A stretch of DNA of 64,000 nt from an uncultured delta proteobacterium (GCA_963789265.1 CAWBKB010000006.1:288001-352000), one strand, 5' to 3'; positions 19,921-29,728 are shown, counted from the first letter of the stretch. Program-made: numbers and translations. The notes: generated by a model not told the origin, from the letters alone.

Positions 19921-21420
19921 ATGAAAACTACAAGCCAGTCAGTACAAGGGATTTCGAGGCACGCTATCCGAGAACCGGGCAGCAAACCAGACCGGATTGC
20001 CTCGCCGAATACGGATTTTGCAGGCGCGGAGGCTCCCTCGGTGATCCACCGCGTAACTGAAACATTCAGGCGAGCGCGGCCCCTTATACAACCTTTCATC
20101 GGCTTCTTATTCTTAGGGGCTTTCGGAGCACTGGCTGTCGGCTTGGTCTCGCATTTTGCCGTAATCGTTCCCCTTGAAAACAACCTCTTGTCTGCGGAAG
20201 TCCGTAGCCTGGCTACAGAGCTTGACTCCACCGTCCGGATGAGAAGCGCGCTCATAAGAATCACTGTCGGAAACTCTGAACTGGATAGCTTTCTTCAATC
20301 AGGCGGTTTGGACAAGATGCTCTACGCGCTTCGGCAGCAATTTCCGGATTTCCTTAGCTTCGAAGCTACCAACGACCGGGGGCAGGTGCAGGCGATGGGC
20401 GGCGAATTGGCCTTGTCTCAGGCGGGCCTATTCTCAAAGGCCCCCTCCGGGAAGATCACCACGGTCGATTTGGGCGATCAGCTCAAGGGGGGAACCTTCC
20501 ATGATGACCCGCAAGGGAATTGTTATTACATTACCTGCAAGCATGTCGGTTCAGGGGGGGGCAAATGGTTTACCAGGACCAGGTTTACCCGAGAGTCTGT
20601 GGCTGCGATTCTGAAATCCACCCCAACCAGACGCGTAACGCTCGTCCCTATCTCGGGAGCCTCCAAGGATATCCCCGGAGGGCCACCATCTCTCACCATG
20701 CCTCAGTCGCGCGTTGTGAGGACCATCGGTAGTTGGTGGCGCGGCCCTACGGGCGCGGAAGCTCTGCTTACAATGCCGAGTTGGCTGCTGCGCATGGAGG
20801 ACCCGGCAACGCGCTCCTTTTTGTGGCGCGCACAGATCGCTGTGCCCTTGTGCCTTATCCTTTGCTCAGTAATCGCAACAATTATCTTGAAACGCGCTTC
20901 TCTCCTCGAGAATCAGGGGCGAGATGAAGCCGCGGACGCTGCGACGGGCGGCCGGTTCCCGCCCCGGTGTGGGACCGCCTCCACAGAGCCCGAATCGTGC
21001 CGGAAGTCAGCCGTCTTGCACGAAAGAAAGAGCGAAATCCCTGCCACGATGGGAGAGGATCACTCTACCTCGGATTCGGGAGCAGAACATGGAAGCCCCG
21101 CAGTCTGTAAGGAGTCATTGGAGTCGGAGTATCGAGCGGATGTGCCCGGCGTCACCAAGCTAGTGACGATACCGGTCAACAAGTCACCGGTCGAAATTAC
21201 AGACAAAGGCGGGCAGGAGTTATGCTCCGATTACTTGGAGGAAGATGAGAAAGTTCCGGACACGCTCGAAGTGTGCTGGTTCGAGCCGTGCGAACCCTGC
21301 GAAACCGACAATCCGCAGCGTGTGGAGATGCATGAGCGTACCGGTCTTCTCTACGAAGAGGAAGGCTCCGGCAGCAGGCGATCCCCCGCGAGCGGCCACA
21401 TCCTATCGATCTCCGGGTAA
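19921..21420 (+). CDS. Hypothetical two-TM membrane protein with a sensor-like extracytoplasmic domain and an acidic tail
   Basis: 499-aa ORF with two hydrophobic segments flanking about 220 aa; no recognisable catalytic domain. Confidence 0.55.
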   Translation: MKTTSQSVQGISRHAIREPGSKPDRIASPNTDFAGAEAPSVIHRVTETFRRARPLIQPFIGFLFLGAFGALAVGLVSHFAVIVPLENNLLSAEVRSLATELDSTVRMRSALIRITVGNSELDSFLQSGGLDKMLYALRQQFPDFLSFEATNDRGQVQAMGGELALSQAGLFSKAPSGKITTVDLGDQLKGGTFHDDPQGNCYYITCKHVGSGGGKWFTRTRFTRESVAAILKSTPTRRVTLVPISGASKDIPGGPPSLTMPQSRVVRTIGSWWRGPTGAEALLTMPSWLLRMEDPATRSFLWRAQIAVPLCLILCSVIATIILKRASLLENQGRDEAADAATGGRFPPRCGTASTEPESCRKSAVLHERKSEIPATMGEDHSTSDSGAEHGSPAVCKESLESEYRADVPGVTKLVTIPVNKSPVEITDKGGQELCSDYLEEDEKVPDTLEVCWFEPCEPCETDNPQRVEMHERTGLLYEEEGSGSRRSPASGHILSISG

Positions 21421-21757
21421 GCTCCCCACTTCAAGCCAATCTCCAACCCATGTAAAATAAACGGGTTTTGTTGTAGAATCATGTCCAACGAAGGGGCATA
21501 ACAGGACTCGGGTTGGGCCTGGAGGGACCACAGACAGGCCTGCCACAGGCCGCAGTAACGTCAAGCTTTCGCACCAATGAGCGACGCGGGAAAAGACCGA
21601 TACACTCGCTTCGCCGGAAAGAGTCTTCCGTATCTTTCCATCATTGACCAACGAGAGCCCCGCTACGTGCGGCCCGGAGTCAGTGTATAATTCAGGAGCC
21701 GGAGCCGGGTTGCGTGCCGGCGCTCAACAATGAACCACAAGCACAGGCCGGTTCACA

Positions 21758-23080
21758 ATGGATAAAGTCCTTACAATTGCAGGATCGGATTCGGGTGGCG
21801 GATCGGGCATACAGGCTGACCTGAAAACCATACTTTCTCTGGGTGGGTATGGCATGAGCGTGGTCACCGCGGTGACGGCGCAGAATACCTTGGGGATCCA
21901 GGGGATCGTCCCGATCTCTCCGGAATTTGTCGCGTTGCAGTTGGAATCCACCTTGGGCGACATCGGGGCAGATTGCGTCAAGACAGGCATGTTGGTTAAC
22001 GCGGAAACCGTGCACGTTGTCGCAGAAAAGATCGGGAAATACCAGATTGAAAAGGTAGTTGTGGATCCTGTTGTCGCTTCGGAGCGGGGTTTTGTTCTTC
22101 TGGATCAGGAGGGAAGGAAGGCGCTTGTCAAAGAGCTGTTTCCCGTGGCCTATCTCCTTACCCCCAATATACCTGAAGCCGAGATACTGACCGGCAAGAC
22201 GATCGGCAATGTATCCGACATGAAAAAGGCCGCCAAAAAACTGCTTAAGATGGGCCCCAAATTCGTTTTGGTCAAGGGGGGGCACTTGAAAGAAATGCCT
22301 GTGGACGTGCTGTACGACGGCAGCCAACACTACGAGTTCTCCACTCAGCGCGTCCGCACGCGTCACACTCACGGCACGGGCTGCACTCTTGCCTCAGCCA
22401 TAGCCACCCTCCTGGCACAGGGCACGCCTCTAATAGAGTGCATAGATCAGGCGAAACGCTATCTCTACAGGGCACTTCGGTTCTCACTGAGTCTTGGAAG
22501 CGGCATCGGGCCGACCAACCATTTCGCTTCCATCACTCGAGAAATTGCTCGGACCCATGTAATTGAAGAACTCGACAAGGCACTGGAACGACTTAAGCGA
22601 TTGAATGTCGGGCATCTGATCCCGGAAGTGCAGTCGAATCTGGCATACGCTATTCCTTTCGCTGAGTCTGTGGACGATGTGGCTTCCTTTCCCGGTCGCA
22701 TCATCAGGCTGGTAAACACCGTGGCTACCATGGCCTCGGCCAAGTTCGGAGCGTCCAGACAGATTCATCACCTTGTGTTGGCCGCGATGGAATACGATCC
22801 CCAGCGACGCGCTGCGATGAACATCGCTTATTCGGACGCGCTCGTGAACCGGATCCGCTCACTTGGTTACACCGTCGCTGAATTCGATCGAAGTCGAACT
22901 CCTCCGGACCTCGCTCAAGAAGAGGGAAGCACCCTCGCGTGGGGGGTCCAAGATGTGATGGAGGAACTTGGGAAGGTGCCGGATGCGATCTTCGACCGCG
23001 GTGTGGTAGGCAAGGTGCCCATGATAAGGATCTTCGGAAAAGATCCCGCGTCCATAGTAAACCTTATAGCCAGACTCTGA
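21758..23080 (+). CDS. thiD: HMP/HMP-P kinase fused to a ThiN-type thiamine-phosphate synthase domain
   Basis: IAGSDSGGGSGIQAD and HTHGTGC (ThiD); LIPEVQSNLAYA, FGASR, RAAMNI and PDAIFDRG (ThiN). Confidence 0.92.
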   Translation: MDKVLTIAGSDSGGGSGIQADLKTILSLGGYGMSVVTAVTAQNTLGIQGIVPISPEFVALQLESTLGDIGADCVKTGMLVNAETVHVVAEKIGKYQIEKVVVDPVVASERGFVLLDQEGRKALVKELFPVAYLLTPNIPEAEILTGKTIGNVSDMKKAAKKLLKMGPKFVLVKGGHLKEMPVDVLYDGSQHYEFSTQRVRTRHTHGTGCTLASAIATLLAQGTPLIECIDQAKRYLYRALRFSLSLGSGIGPTNHFASITREIARTHVIEELDKALERLKRLNVGHLIPEVQSNLAYAIPFAESVDDVASFPGRIIRLVNTVATMASAKFGASRQIHHLVLAAMEYDPQRRAAMNIAYSDALVNRIRSLGYTVAEFDRSRTPPDLAQEEGSTLAWGVQDVMEELGKVPDAIFDRGVVGKVPMIRIFGKDPASIVNLIARL

Positions 23081-23441
23081 CGACGACCGACGCTCGAGCC
23101 CGAGTACGATCCCATTTGTCGTGGCAGCCAATTATGTAGCTCCTTCAAATAATGGCCTGGAAAAGGCATCCCCTTTGACAATTTGCCTCAGACGCTTAAT
23201 ATGGGCTTGGAAGTAAAAAGATTGCGATGCTGTTGCTCGGGTCACAATATTCAAATCTCTTTTGACATCTTTGCGAGGTCCGATGGCTCTTATTTCCGGC
23301 CCATTTCGCAAAACGAGTAACCGTTGAGCGAGAAAGCGATTTATTGTCCCCCTCGGGGAATGGGAGAAAAACCCTCGCCTTCAGGCGAAGACTTCAGTGC
23401 GTACCCATTGTACATGTGTGGCACAAGATACAAAGATGGCA

Positions 23442-23712
23442 GTAGGATGCTGGTGAGCGCAGCGAACCGCATCGCTCGCGGTTTTTTCTCGATTGATGCG
23501 GTTCCCCCGCGCAGGACGCGGGCTCACCGGCATCCTACGCCGACATCAACTCCGGTCCTCTGGCGGCAGTGACAGCCGGATTCATCCGGGGGAGCGAAAA
23601 TGCCGCCGAAGCTACCGCCTTCAGGCGGTGGAGCCTTCACTTAGCATCAGACTTGACCGGCAGGGACGCCGGCCCTACTATGATCCTGGTAGGACCGGCC
23701 TCCGCGCCGGTT
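23442..23712. repeat. REP doublets flanking an IS200/IS605-like end hairpin
   Basis: GTAGGATGCTGGTGAGC...GCTCACCGGCATCCTAC (23442-23538); GAAGCTACCGCCTTCAGGCGGTGGAGCCTTCAC (23608-23640); GACCGGCAGGGACGCCGGCCCTAC...GTAGGACCGGCCTCCGCGCCGGT (23656-23711). Confidence 0.55.
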
Positions 23713-23768
23713 ACGAAGTTCTTCGTGAATAGTTACCTAAGACACATTCATCCTCCGAAGGATCAACC

Positions 23769-24755
23769 ATGGCAGATTCGCTAGTAGATCCGCACAGACG
23801 CGTTGTCGATTATTTGAGGGTTTCCATCACCGATCTGTGCAATTTGAGATGCCTCTATTGCAGACCGCCGGAGGGAGTCTCGCTGATTTCGCATGACGAG
23901 ATCCTCAGATACGAGGAAATCCTGACGATCATTCGCCTGTTCAGAGACATGGGGGTTCGAAAGCTTAGAATAACCGGCGGTGAACCGCTCGTCAGGCGCG
24001 GAGTTCTCGACTTCATTTCCATGCTCACAAGAATGGATGGAATCGAAGATGTAGGGCTCACCACAAACGGGGTGTTGCTGGCTTCGATGGTCCGGGGCCT
24101 TCGGGACGCCGGTTTGACTCGTATAAATATAAGTTTGGATTCGATGCGTCGTGAAACCTTCAATGAAATCACCGGTAGCGACCATTTTTGGGCGGTGCTG
24201 GACGGCATCAACGCCGCTCTGAGCGAGGGCCTTGATCCGGTGAAAATCAACGTGGTGCTTCTTGAGGGAATCAACGAGGAGGACGTTCCTGCCTTTGCGC
24301 GGCTGACTCTTGACCACGGCGTTGATGTTAGATTTATTGAACGTATGCCTTTTGGGGCTAGTCCTACCCGCCGCGGTCCGGATTCTTTCAGCGCGCGTAA
24401 GGCCCTGGAAATTATAAGTCGGGAGGTAGGGGAGCCTCATCCTGTGGATCGTGATCTCCTTGGAGGCCCGGCGACAATGTTTGGTCTTCCTGGAGCCAAA
24501 GGGCGCATCGGGGTCATAGATCCGGTCACGGGCCACTTTTGCGGCACGTGTAACCGTATGAGATTGACCGCCAGAGGTACCTTGCGACCCTGTCTGCTGG
24601 GCCCCGCGGAGATAGACATCAAAACTGCGCTGAGACGCGGCGCTTCTCTCAAAGAACTCTCTGAGATAGTCCGAAGTGCAGTTTCTGCCAAACCTGTGGG
24701 CCACACTCGGAGTTGCGCGGCAATGGCGGATGGTATGAATCTTATCGGCGGATAG
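23769..24755 (+). CDS. moaA: GTP 3',8-cyclase (molybdenum cofactor biosynthesis)
   Basis: CNLRCLYC, TGGEP, C-terminal FCGTCNRMRL...PCL and terminal IGG. Confidence 0.96.
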   Translation: MADSLVDPHRRVVDYLRVSITDLCNLRCLYCRPPEGVSLISHDEILRYEEILTIIRLFRDMGVRKLRITGGEPLVRRGVLDFISMLTRMDGIEDVGLTTNGVLLASMVRGLRDAGLTRINISLDSMRRETFNEITGSDHFWAVLDGINAALSEGLDPVKINVVLLEGINEEDVPAFARLTLDHGVDVRFIERMPFGASPTRRGPDSFSARKALEIISREVGEPHPVDRDLLGGPATMFGLPGAKGRIGVIDPVTGHFCGTCNRMRLTARGTLRPCLLGPAEIDIKTALRRGASLKELSEIVRSAVSAKPVGHTRSCAAMADGMNLIGG

Positions 24756-24783
24756 AAAGGGCTTGTTCCGGGAGGCCGCGCCT

Positions 24784-24953
24784 CATAGGCGCTAACTTAA
24801 GTATGGGATTTGAGTTCGCAAGAGCCCCCTCACCCTGCCCTCTCCCGCCAGGGGAGAGGGTTTTCAGAATCCCCTCTCTCGATGGGAGGGGGCAAGGGGA
24901 GGGTGATAAGATACTGAAATCACGAATCCGATTTCATTAAGTTAGCGCCTATG
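24784..24953. mobile_element. 170-bp MITE with CAT-ended TIRs (IS4-like)
   Basis: Perfect 17-bp TIR CATAGGCGCTAACTTAA / TTAAGTTAGCGCCTATG; perfect 11-bp TSD AGGCCGCGCCT (24773-24783, 24954-24964). Confidence 0.88.
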
Positions 24954-25045
24954 AGGCCGCGCCTTGGGTTATACGTCCGCAACGTTGAAGGTTTGCTGTT
25001 GCAACGTCCTATTTAAGAAATTCCTGAACAAGCAGATGCAACGAC

Positions 25046-26005
25046 ATGGCCGAACCCGCGCTTACTCCCCTCTCTTTCATAGTCGTAAACAGGAATACCG
25101 CCGATCTTCTCGCCAAGTGCCTTGACAATATATTGCAATCAGATCTTCACTATGAACCCGAGATAGTCGTAGTGGACAACGGCTCAAGTGACGATTCTGT
25201 AGCGCGTGTAAAACAGAACTACCCGGGGGTAATTGTCATGGAAGCCGGCTGTAACCTCGGGTTTGCCGCGGCCAACAATAAAGCAATGCGGCAGGCCAAG
25301 GGCGAGTTTGTCTTACTTGTGAATACCGATGCTCTTCTGGACAAGGATTGCGCACAGTCTCTTTTGGACCTTATGGCGGCTGATTCCCACGTGGGAATGG
25401 TGGGCCCTCAACTGCTGAACGGGGACGGGAGCCTCCAGACTTCCTATGAGGCCGCGCCGACTTTGGCCACCGAAACGCTTAACCGAAGCCTTCTCAAGCG
25501 GCTGTTCCCCCGGAAGTTTCCAGGAAAGGGGCTCAAGTGGTCACAACCGCAACAGGTTGAGACGCTAATCGGAGCTGTGATGATGATCAGGCGTCTGGCG
25601 CTGGAGCAAGTGGGAGGATTTGACGAGGACTATTTCTTCTTCTTGGAAGAGACCGATCTGGCTGTCCGGATGCGGAAAGCCGGTTGGAAGGTCGTCCACA
25701 ATCCGTTCGCAAGGGCTTTGCACTTGCAGGGAGCAACGGCAAAGACGTATCAGGCGTCTGCCCGCATAGAGTTTTACCGTTCCCGGTACCTTTTCTTTCG
25801 CAAACACTACGGTATTCGGGCTTCGAACTTCCTGAAGGGAGTAGTCATAGCAAACCTGACGCTGAACGTGGCTGGTTTGGGACTGGCTTCCCTGATAACT
25901 TCCGGCAGCTTGGAGAAGGTCGCAGAGAAATACCGCGTTAGAGCACAATTGTGGAAATGGCACTTGCGGGGATGTCCCGATGGGCCGGGGCTGCCGCGTA
26001 AATAG
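25046..26005 (+). CDS. Glycosyltransferase family 2 (WbbL/rhamnosyltransferase-like)
   Basis: VVDNGSSD, NLGFAAANN, LVNTD and GGFDEDYFFFLEETDL motifs. Confidence 0.92.
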   Translation: MAEPALTPLSFIVVNRNTADLLAKCLDNILQSDLHYEPEIVVVDNGSSDDSVARVKQNYPGVIVMEAGCNLGFAAANNKAMRQAKGEFVLLVNTDALLDKDCAQSLLDLMAADSHVGMVGPQLLNGDGSLQTSYEAAPTLATETLNRSLLKRLFPRKFPGKGLKWSQPQQVETLIGAVMMIRRLALEQVGGFDEDYFFFLEETDLAVRMRKAGWKVVHNPFARALHLQGATAKTYQASARIEFYRSRYLFFRKHYGIRASNFLKGVVIANLTLNVAGLGLASLITSGSLEKVAEKYRVRAQLWKWHLRGCPDGPGLPRK

Positions 26006-26125
26006 GGTCAGCCGCAAGCGAGTATTATCTGCGATTCCATGTGCTTGCGCCTAAGTCCAATTAATAATTCGGGTCAGGCATTCTCCGACCCACGACAATG
26101 AAGGGGATTCAAGGACCACAGTATT

Positions 26126-26184
26126 GGTGGGACAGGCATCTTGCCTGTCATTTTGTGATCGACAGGCAAGATGCCTGTCCCACC
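26126..26184. repeat. REP doublet
   Basis: GGTGGGACAGGCATCTTGCCTGTC / GACAGGCAAGATGCCTGTCCCACC perfect inverted pair between convergent genes. Confidence 0.8.
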
Positions 26185-26205
26185 GAATTTTGGCAAATAG
26201 GGTCT

Positions 26206-26568
26206 TCATCCAAAGATGGTTTCGACTTGGTAAGGATGAGTTCCCTTTATGATTTCAATCCCGCATTTTGCCTCCATTTTGGTCATAATGGATTCACAAT
26301 GCTCGCAATTGACAAGACAAGGGGACAGGTGAATCTTTGTTGGATCTGCTTCGAGAGGCGAATTCCAAAGCTTCATGAGGGCCAGCCTGGGAAGCAATTG
26401 ATCGCCGGGGCAGCCTCCACAGCTTACGATGCCCATCAACTCCACCTTTTGTTCCGCGTATCTCGAGAACTCCCCGTCACGTCTGCTAAAAGCAACGAGA
26501 CAGCGAGAACATCCGACGCAGACCTTATTCATTCCTTTCTCACAGCCGACTATCAGCAATCTTTCCAT
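26206..26568 (-). CDS. CGGC-domain protein (putative metal/Fe-S binding)
   Basis: IVGC...CVGCSRC...SCGGCPG...IHLSPC...CEHC...GTH. Start at MERLL after GAGG; an alternative start at 26637 would overlap the upstream stop. Confidence 0.85.
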   Translation of the reverse strand: MERLLIVGCEKGMNKVCVGCSRCLVAFSRRDGEFSRYAEQKVELMGIVSCGGCPGDQLLPRLALMKLWNSPLEADPTKIHLSPCLVNCEHCESIMTKMEAKCGIEIIKGTHPYQVETIFG

Positions 26569-26633
26569 TTCTTTGACCTCACAACGCCCCATGGGATAAT
26601 TTTCGGTGCACCATTTATCATCACGCGTCAGAT

Positions 26634-27344
26634 TCATTGACCCCTCCCTTGAGGGAGCCGTATGAGATAACGAACGGGAACAATCTTTTCCCTCTTATCG
26701 GTGGTCTCGATCAGAGCTATGCCACTAATGAAGGCTTTCCCTTCCTGTCGCTGAACCTTGACGGACAATTGAAAATTCGTCTTGCCGCCTGAAGGCACTA
26801 TAAGTTCTTTCGGAATCAACTGTAGTTCATCCGCGTTATTCGACTTGGCTCCTTTTACAGTAACTGGTTCTGTTCCGCTATTGGTGGCTGTCAGCGTAAA
26901 CACCGCATCCTTTCCCCATTCAGCCAAAGAGCGGCCCAGAGTGCGTGGCTCTATACTAATGTTCCTGACCACGTTGAAGTTGAGCTTTATAGTGGTCAGG
27001 GGACGCTCCGGGTCATTCGAATGAACCACAATGCTTTTGGAATGCAAGCCTGAGTACATCCCCTTCGTGTTAATTTGAACAAAGATTTTGCTCGAGGCCC
27101 CCGGAGCTATGTCTTTGCTTCCCCTCACTCCCTTCGCACAGCCGCAGGACGAGTCGATTCTTCCGAGAACCAGTACGGCATCGCCGGTATTGGTCAGTTT
27201 CAGCTCGACAGATGGCGACTCGCCATGCATGACTTCTCCGAAGTCGTGCTCCACAGCATCGAAACTTATCCGGGGCCCCGCCGCCGACATACCGCTTGGC
27301 AGCAAGCACCACAACGCTCCTAAAATTACTAAGGCTTTTGTCAT
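26634..27344 (-). CDS. DUF1573-domain exported protein (tandem Ig-like domains)
   Basis: Signal peptide; HDFG...NTGDAVL...SSCGC...IAPG...SNDP pattern. Confidence 0.85.
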   Translation of the reverse strand: MTKALVILGALWCLLPSGMSAAGPRISFDAVEHDFGEVMHGESPSVELKLTNTGDAVLVLGRIDSSCGCAKGVRGSKDIAPGASSKIFVQINTKGMYSGLHSKSIVVHSNDPERPLTTIKLNFNVVRNISIEPRTLGRSLAEWGKDAVFTLTATNSGTEPVTVKGAKSNNADELQLIPKELIVPSGGKTNFQLSVKVQRQEGKAFISGIALIETTDKREKIVPVRYLIRLPQGRGQ

Positions 27345-27429
27345 GAATAACCCCTCCTCTTTACGCACGATAGTCTCTTTGGACTAAGGCCTCGCCCGTG
27401 GCCGCGGCAAAGGGACGACTTGTTTTCCT

Positions 27430-27447
27430 TTCGATAGGTTGATCGAA
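27430..27447. promoter_or_regulatory. Inverted repeat in the divergent LysR/DUF1573 promoter region
   Basis: TTCGAT-N6-ATCGAA; operator function is inferred only. Confidence 0.3.
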
Positions 27448-27578
27448 CTGAATCGTGCGATCCCCTAAACTTTTTGACTTGCCCTCCACGGATAAGCCAA
27501 GGTATAAATCAATCGTAAAAACCGCGTCAAACGACTTTTTTCGACCATTCCAATCGTTTATTTCGAAGGAAGATCTAT

Positions 27579-28484
27579 ATGGAACTACGCCAACTGAAAA
27601 CTTTTCGAACCGTAGCCACACTCCTAAGCTTCAATCGCGCCGCTGAGGTCTTAAACTATGCACAGTCCACTATATCTGCACAAATAAAGGCTCTGGAAGA
27701 GGATCTGGGAGTGATGCTCTTTGATAGAATGGGGAAACGAATTGTTCTCACCGAGGCCGGCGAACTATTAGTCCAATACGCTCAAAAGATGCTTGATATC
27801 GAGGCGGAAACCATGGCCGATGTTAAAGGCAGAAATCAACCCCAGGGATCTTTGACGATCAGGGTGCCTCAAAGCATCGCCAATAATTACTTGCCCAAAG
27901 TCGTGAGCGAGTTTCGAAACCATTTTCCGAGGGTCAGCCTTAATTTCCACACCTGCGCGTTTCACAGCTTAGAGCACGAACTTCATACCGGGGTCACTGA
28001 TCTTGCGTTTCTATTGGCCGAGTCCATTCAATCGGGGAATTTGGTCGCGGAGCCGCTGCGATTTGAGCGTCTGCTCATGGTGTCTGATCCCGACAATCCC
28101 TTGGCCAGAAAGGCGAAGGTTTCGCTCACTAATTTGGCCGACCAGTCGCTCTTTCTCGCTGGCTCTGATTGCGGCTACCGAATGATATTCGAGCAGATGC
28201 TGACGGAAGCAAACGTGAAGCCGCAGACTCTGCTCGAATTCAATACCGTGGAAATGCTCAAGGCCTGCCTTAAAACGAGTCAGGGAGTTACACTGATGCC
28301 AGAGGTAACCGTTAGGGCCGAGATTGATCGGGGGGAGCTGTCGATCTTACAGTGGGAGGACGAATTTATGGAAACAGCCGTTCTGATGATATGGCATAAG
28401 GCGAAATGGCTTTCGCCCACGTTGCAGGCATTCCTCAATATTTCGAGAAACCATAATTGGCGCCCAACAAAGCGGTACGATTGA
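27579..28484 (+). CDS. LysR-family transcriptional regulator
   Basis: MELRQLKTF...SFNRAAEVLNYAQSTISAQIKALEEDLGVMLFDR HTH. Confidence 0.96.
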   Translation: MELRQLKTFRTVATLLSFNRAAEVLNYAQSTISAQIKALEEDLGVMLFDRMGKRIVLTEAGELLVQYAQKMLDIEAETMADVKGRNQPQGSLTIRVPQSIANNYLPKVVSEFRNHFPRVSLNFHTCAFHSLEHELHTGVTDLAFLLAESIQSGNLVAEPLRFERLLMVSDPDNPLARKAKVSLTNLADQSLFLAGSDCGYRMIFEQMLTEANVKPQTLLEFNTVEMLKACLKTSQGVTLMPEVTVRAEIDRGELSILQWEDEFMETAVLMIWHKAKWLSPTLQAFLNISRNHNWRPTKRYD

Positions 28485-28572
28485 TGGTACTTAAAACCGG
28501 ATGCGCTGATCGCTTGATCGATCACAGATGCCCTCTGCGTGGCTTTGGGGCTCGAAACTAGGCCGGTCAATT

Positions 28573-29728
28573 CTATTTCTTCTTTGGAAACTCCAGATCA
28601 GTGCCGACAAGATAGGCACCCGTAAAATCCGCTCCTCTGAGGATCGTACCAAACATGTTGGCTTTTTCTAAATTCGCGCCCGCAAAGTTGGCATTGGTCA
28701 AATTTGCTTCGGAAAGATCTGCGCTGGCTAAGAAAGTCCAGGCGCAGTTAGCCATTGTCATATTCGAATCCGAGAGATCCGCGGCGAAAAGATTTGCTTT
28801 GGAAAAGATCGCACCATGCGAGTCGGCCGAGGCCAGGATGGTCCCGGCTAGTTTTGCTCCTGTAAAATCGGTCCCGAACCAGAACCGCCCTCGCCAAATT
28901 TGCCCCGGAGAGCTGAGCACCAGAAAGATTGCCCCGGCGGAGGTTTACTCCGGCCAGTTCGGCATTGCTCAGGTCAATGCCCCACGACACCGCGGACTCG
29001 ACCAGCGCACCGAGAGTGGCCGCAGGCGCGCTGTACATGATCTGATTGGAAAATCGGCTTCGGATTTCCAACTGACTATAATGAGGCGGCAATCTTTCTG
29101 CAAGTTCAGTGCTACTTATCAGGCCGTCCGCGACCATGGCCCTCAGCAAGTTCTGAAGTTCTCCTATAGTGATTGCATATTTCTTCGTCAGTGCTTCGCG
29201 GTCTAACCCAGCCCTGATAAAGGATAAAACCTCATTCGGGTCTACTCTGGGCGTGGCAAAATAAGCTCCTGAGCTCGAGCAGCTCCCTTCCTCCAGCGAG
29301 ACCGAAGTATGACCGGCAAGTTCCCTCTGATAAAGCTGCGCCTCACTCGTCAGACCCGCGGCCGCCAGTTTCCTGAACAGACTTTGCAATCCTTTGGCAG
29401 AAAGGTTGTATTTCTTCATCAACGCTGCATCGTCCATCCCGGACTTCAAGCAGTTCAGGACTTCAGCAGCGTCTATTCTAGGCTTAGCCCCTCCGGGAAA
29501 AGGCGGCCTGGAGCGTTCAACGTCGACTATCACGGACCCATGGGACAGCGACAGCCGTGCATTGAGTTCCGACGGCCTCAGTATGCCCGCGGCCACCAGT
29601 TGGTCAAACACGCTTTGAAGACCTTTGACGGACACGTTGAATTCTTGCATCAGTGCCACATCGTCCATACCTGATCTAATGCACTTTACCGCGTCGATTG
29701 CTTTGATTGTAATTACCCGGTTCGTCAT
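28573..29728 (-). CDS. Protein with three ~48-aa helical repeats and C-terminal pentapeptide repeats (apparent +1 frameshift near 28880)
   Basis: Repeats IRSGMDD..LM..., LKSGMDD..LMKKY, IRAGLD...LTKKY. A(D/N)Lxx pentapeptides continue across the frame change (RAVL|FGTDFTGAKL). Confidence 0.75.

Noticed and set aside
21420..21757. TPP riboswitch upstream of thiD
   Set aside because: No CTGAGA or CCTGA...AATACC...GGGA core found.
23781..24704. 307-aa minus-strand ORF
   Set aside because: Antisense shadow of moaA.
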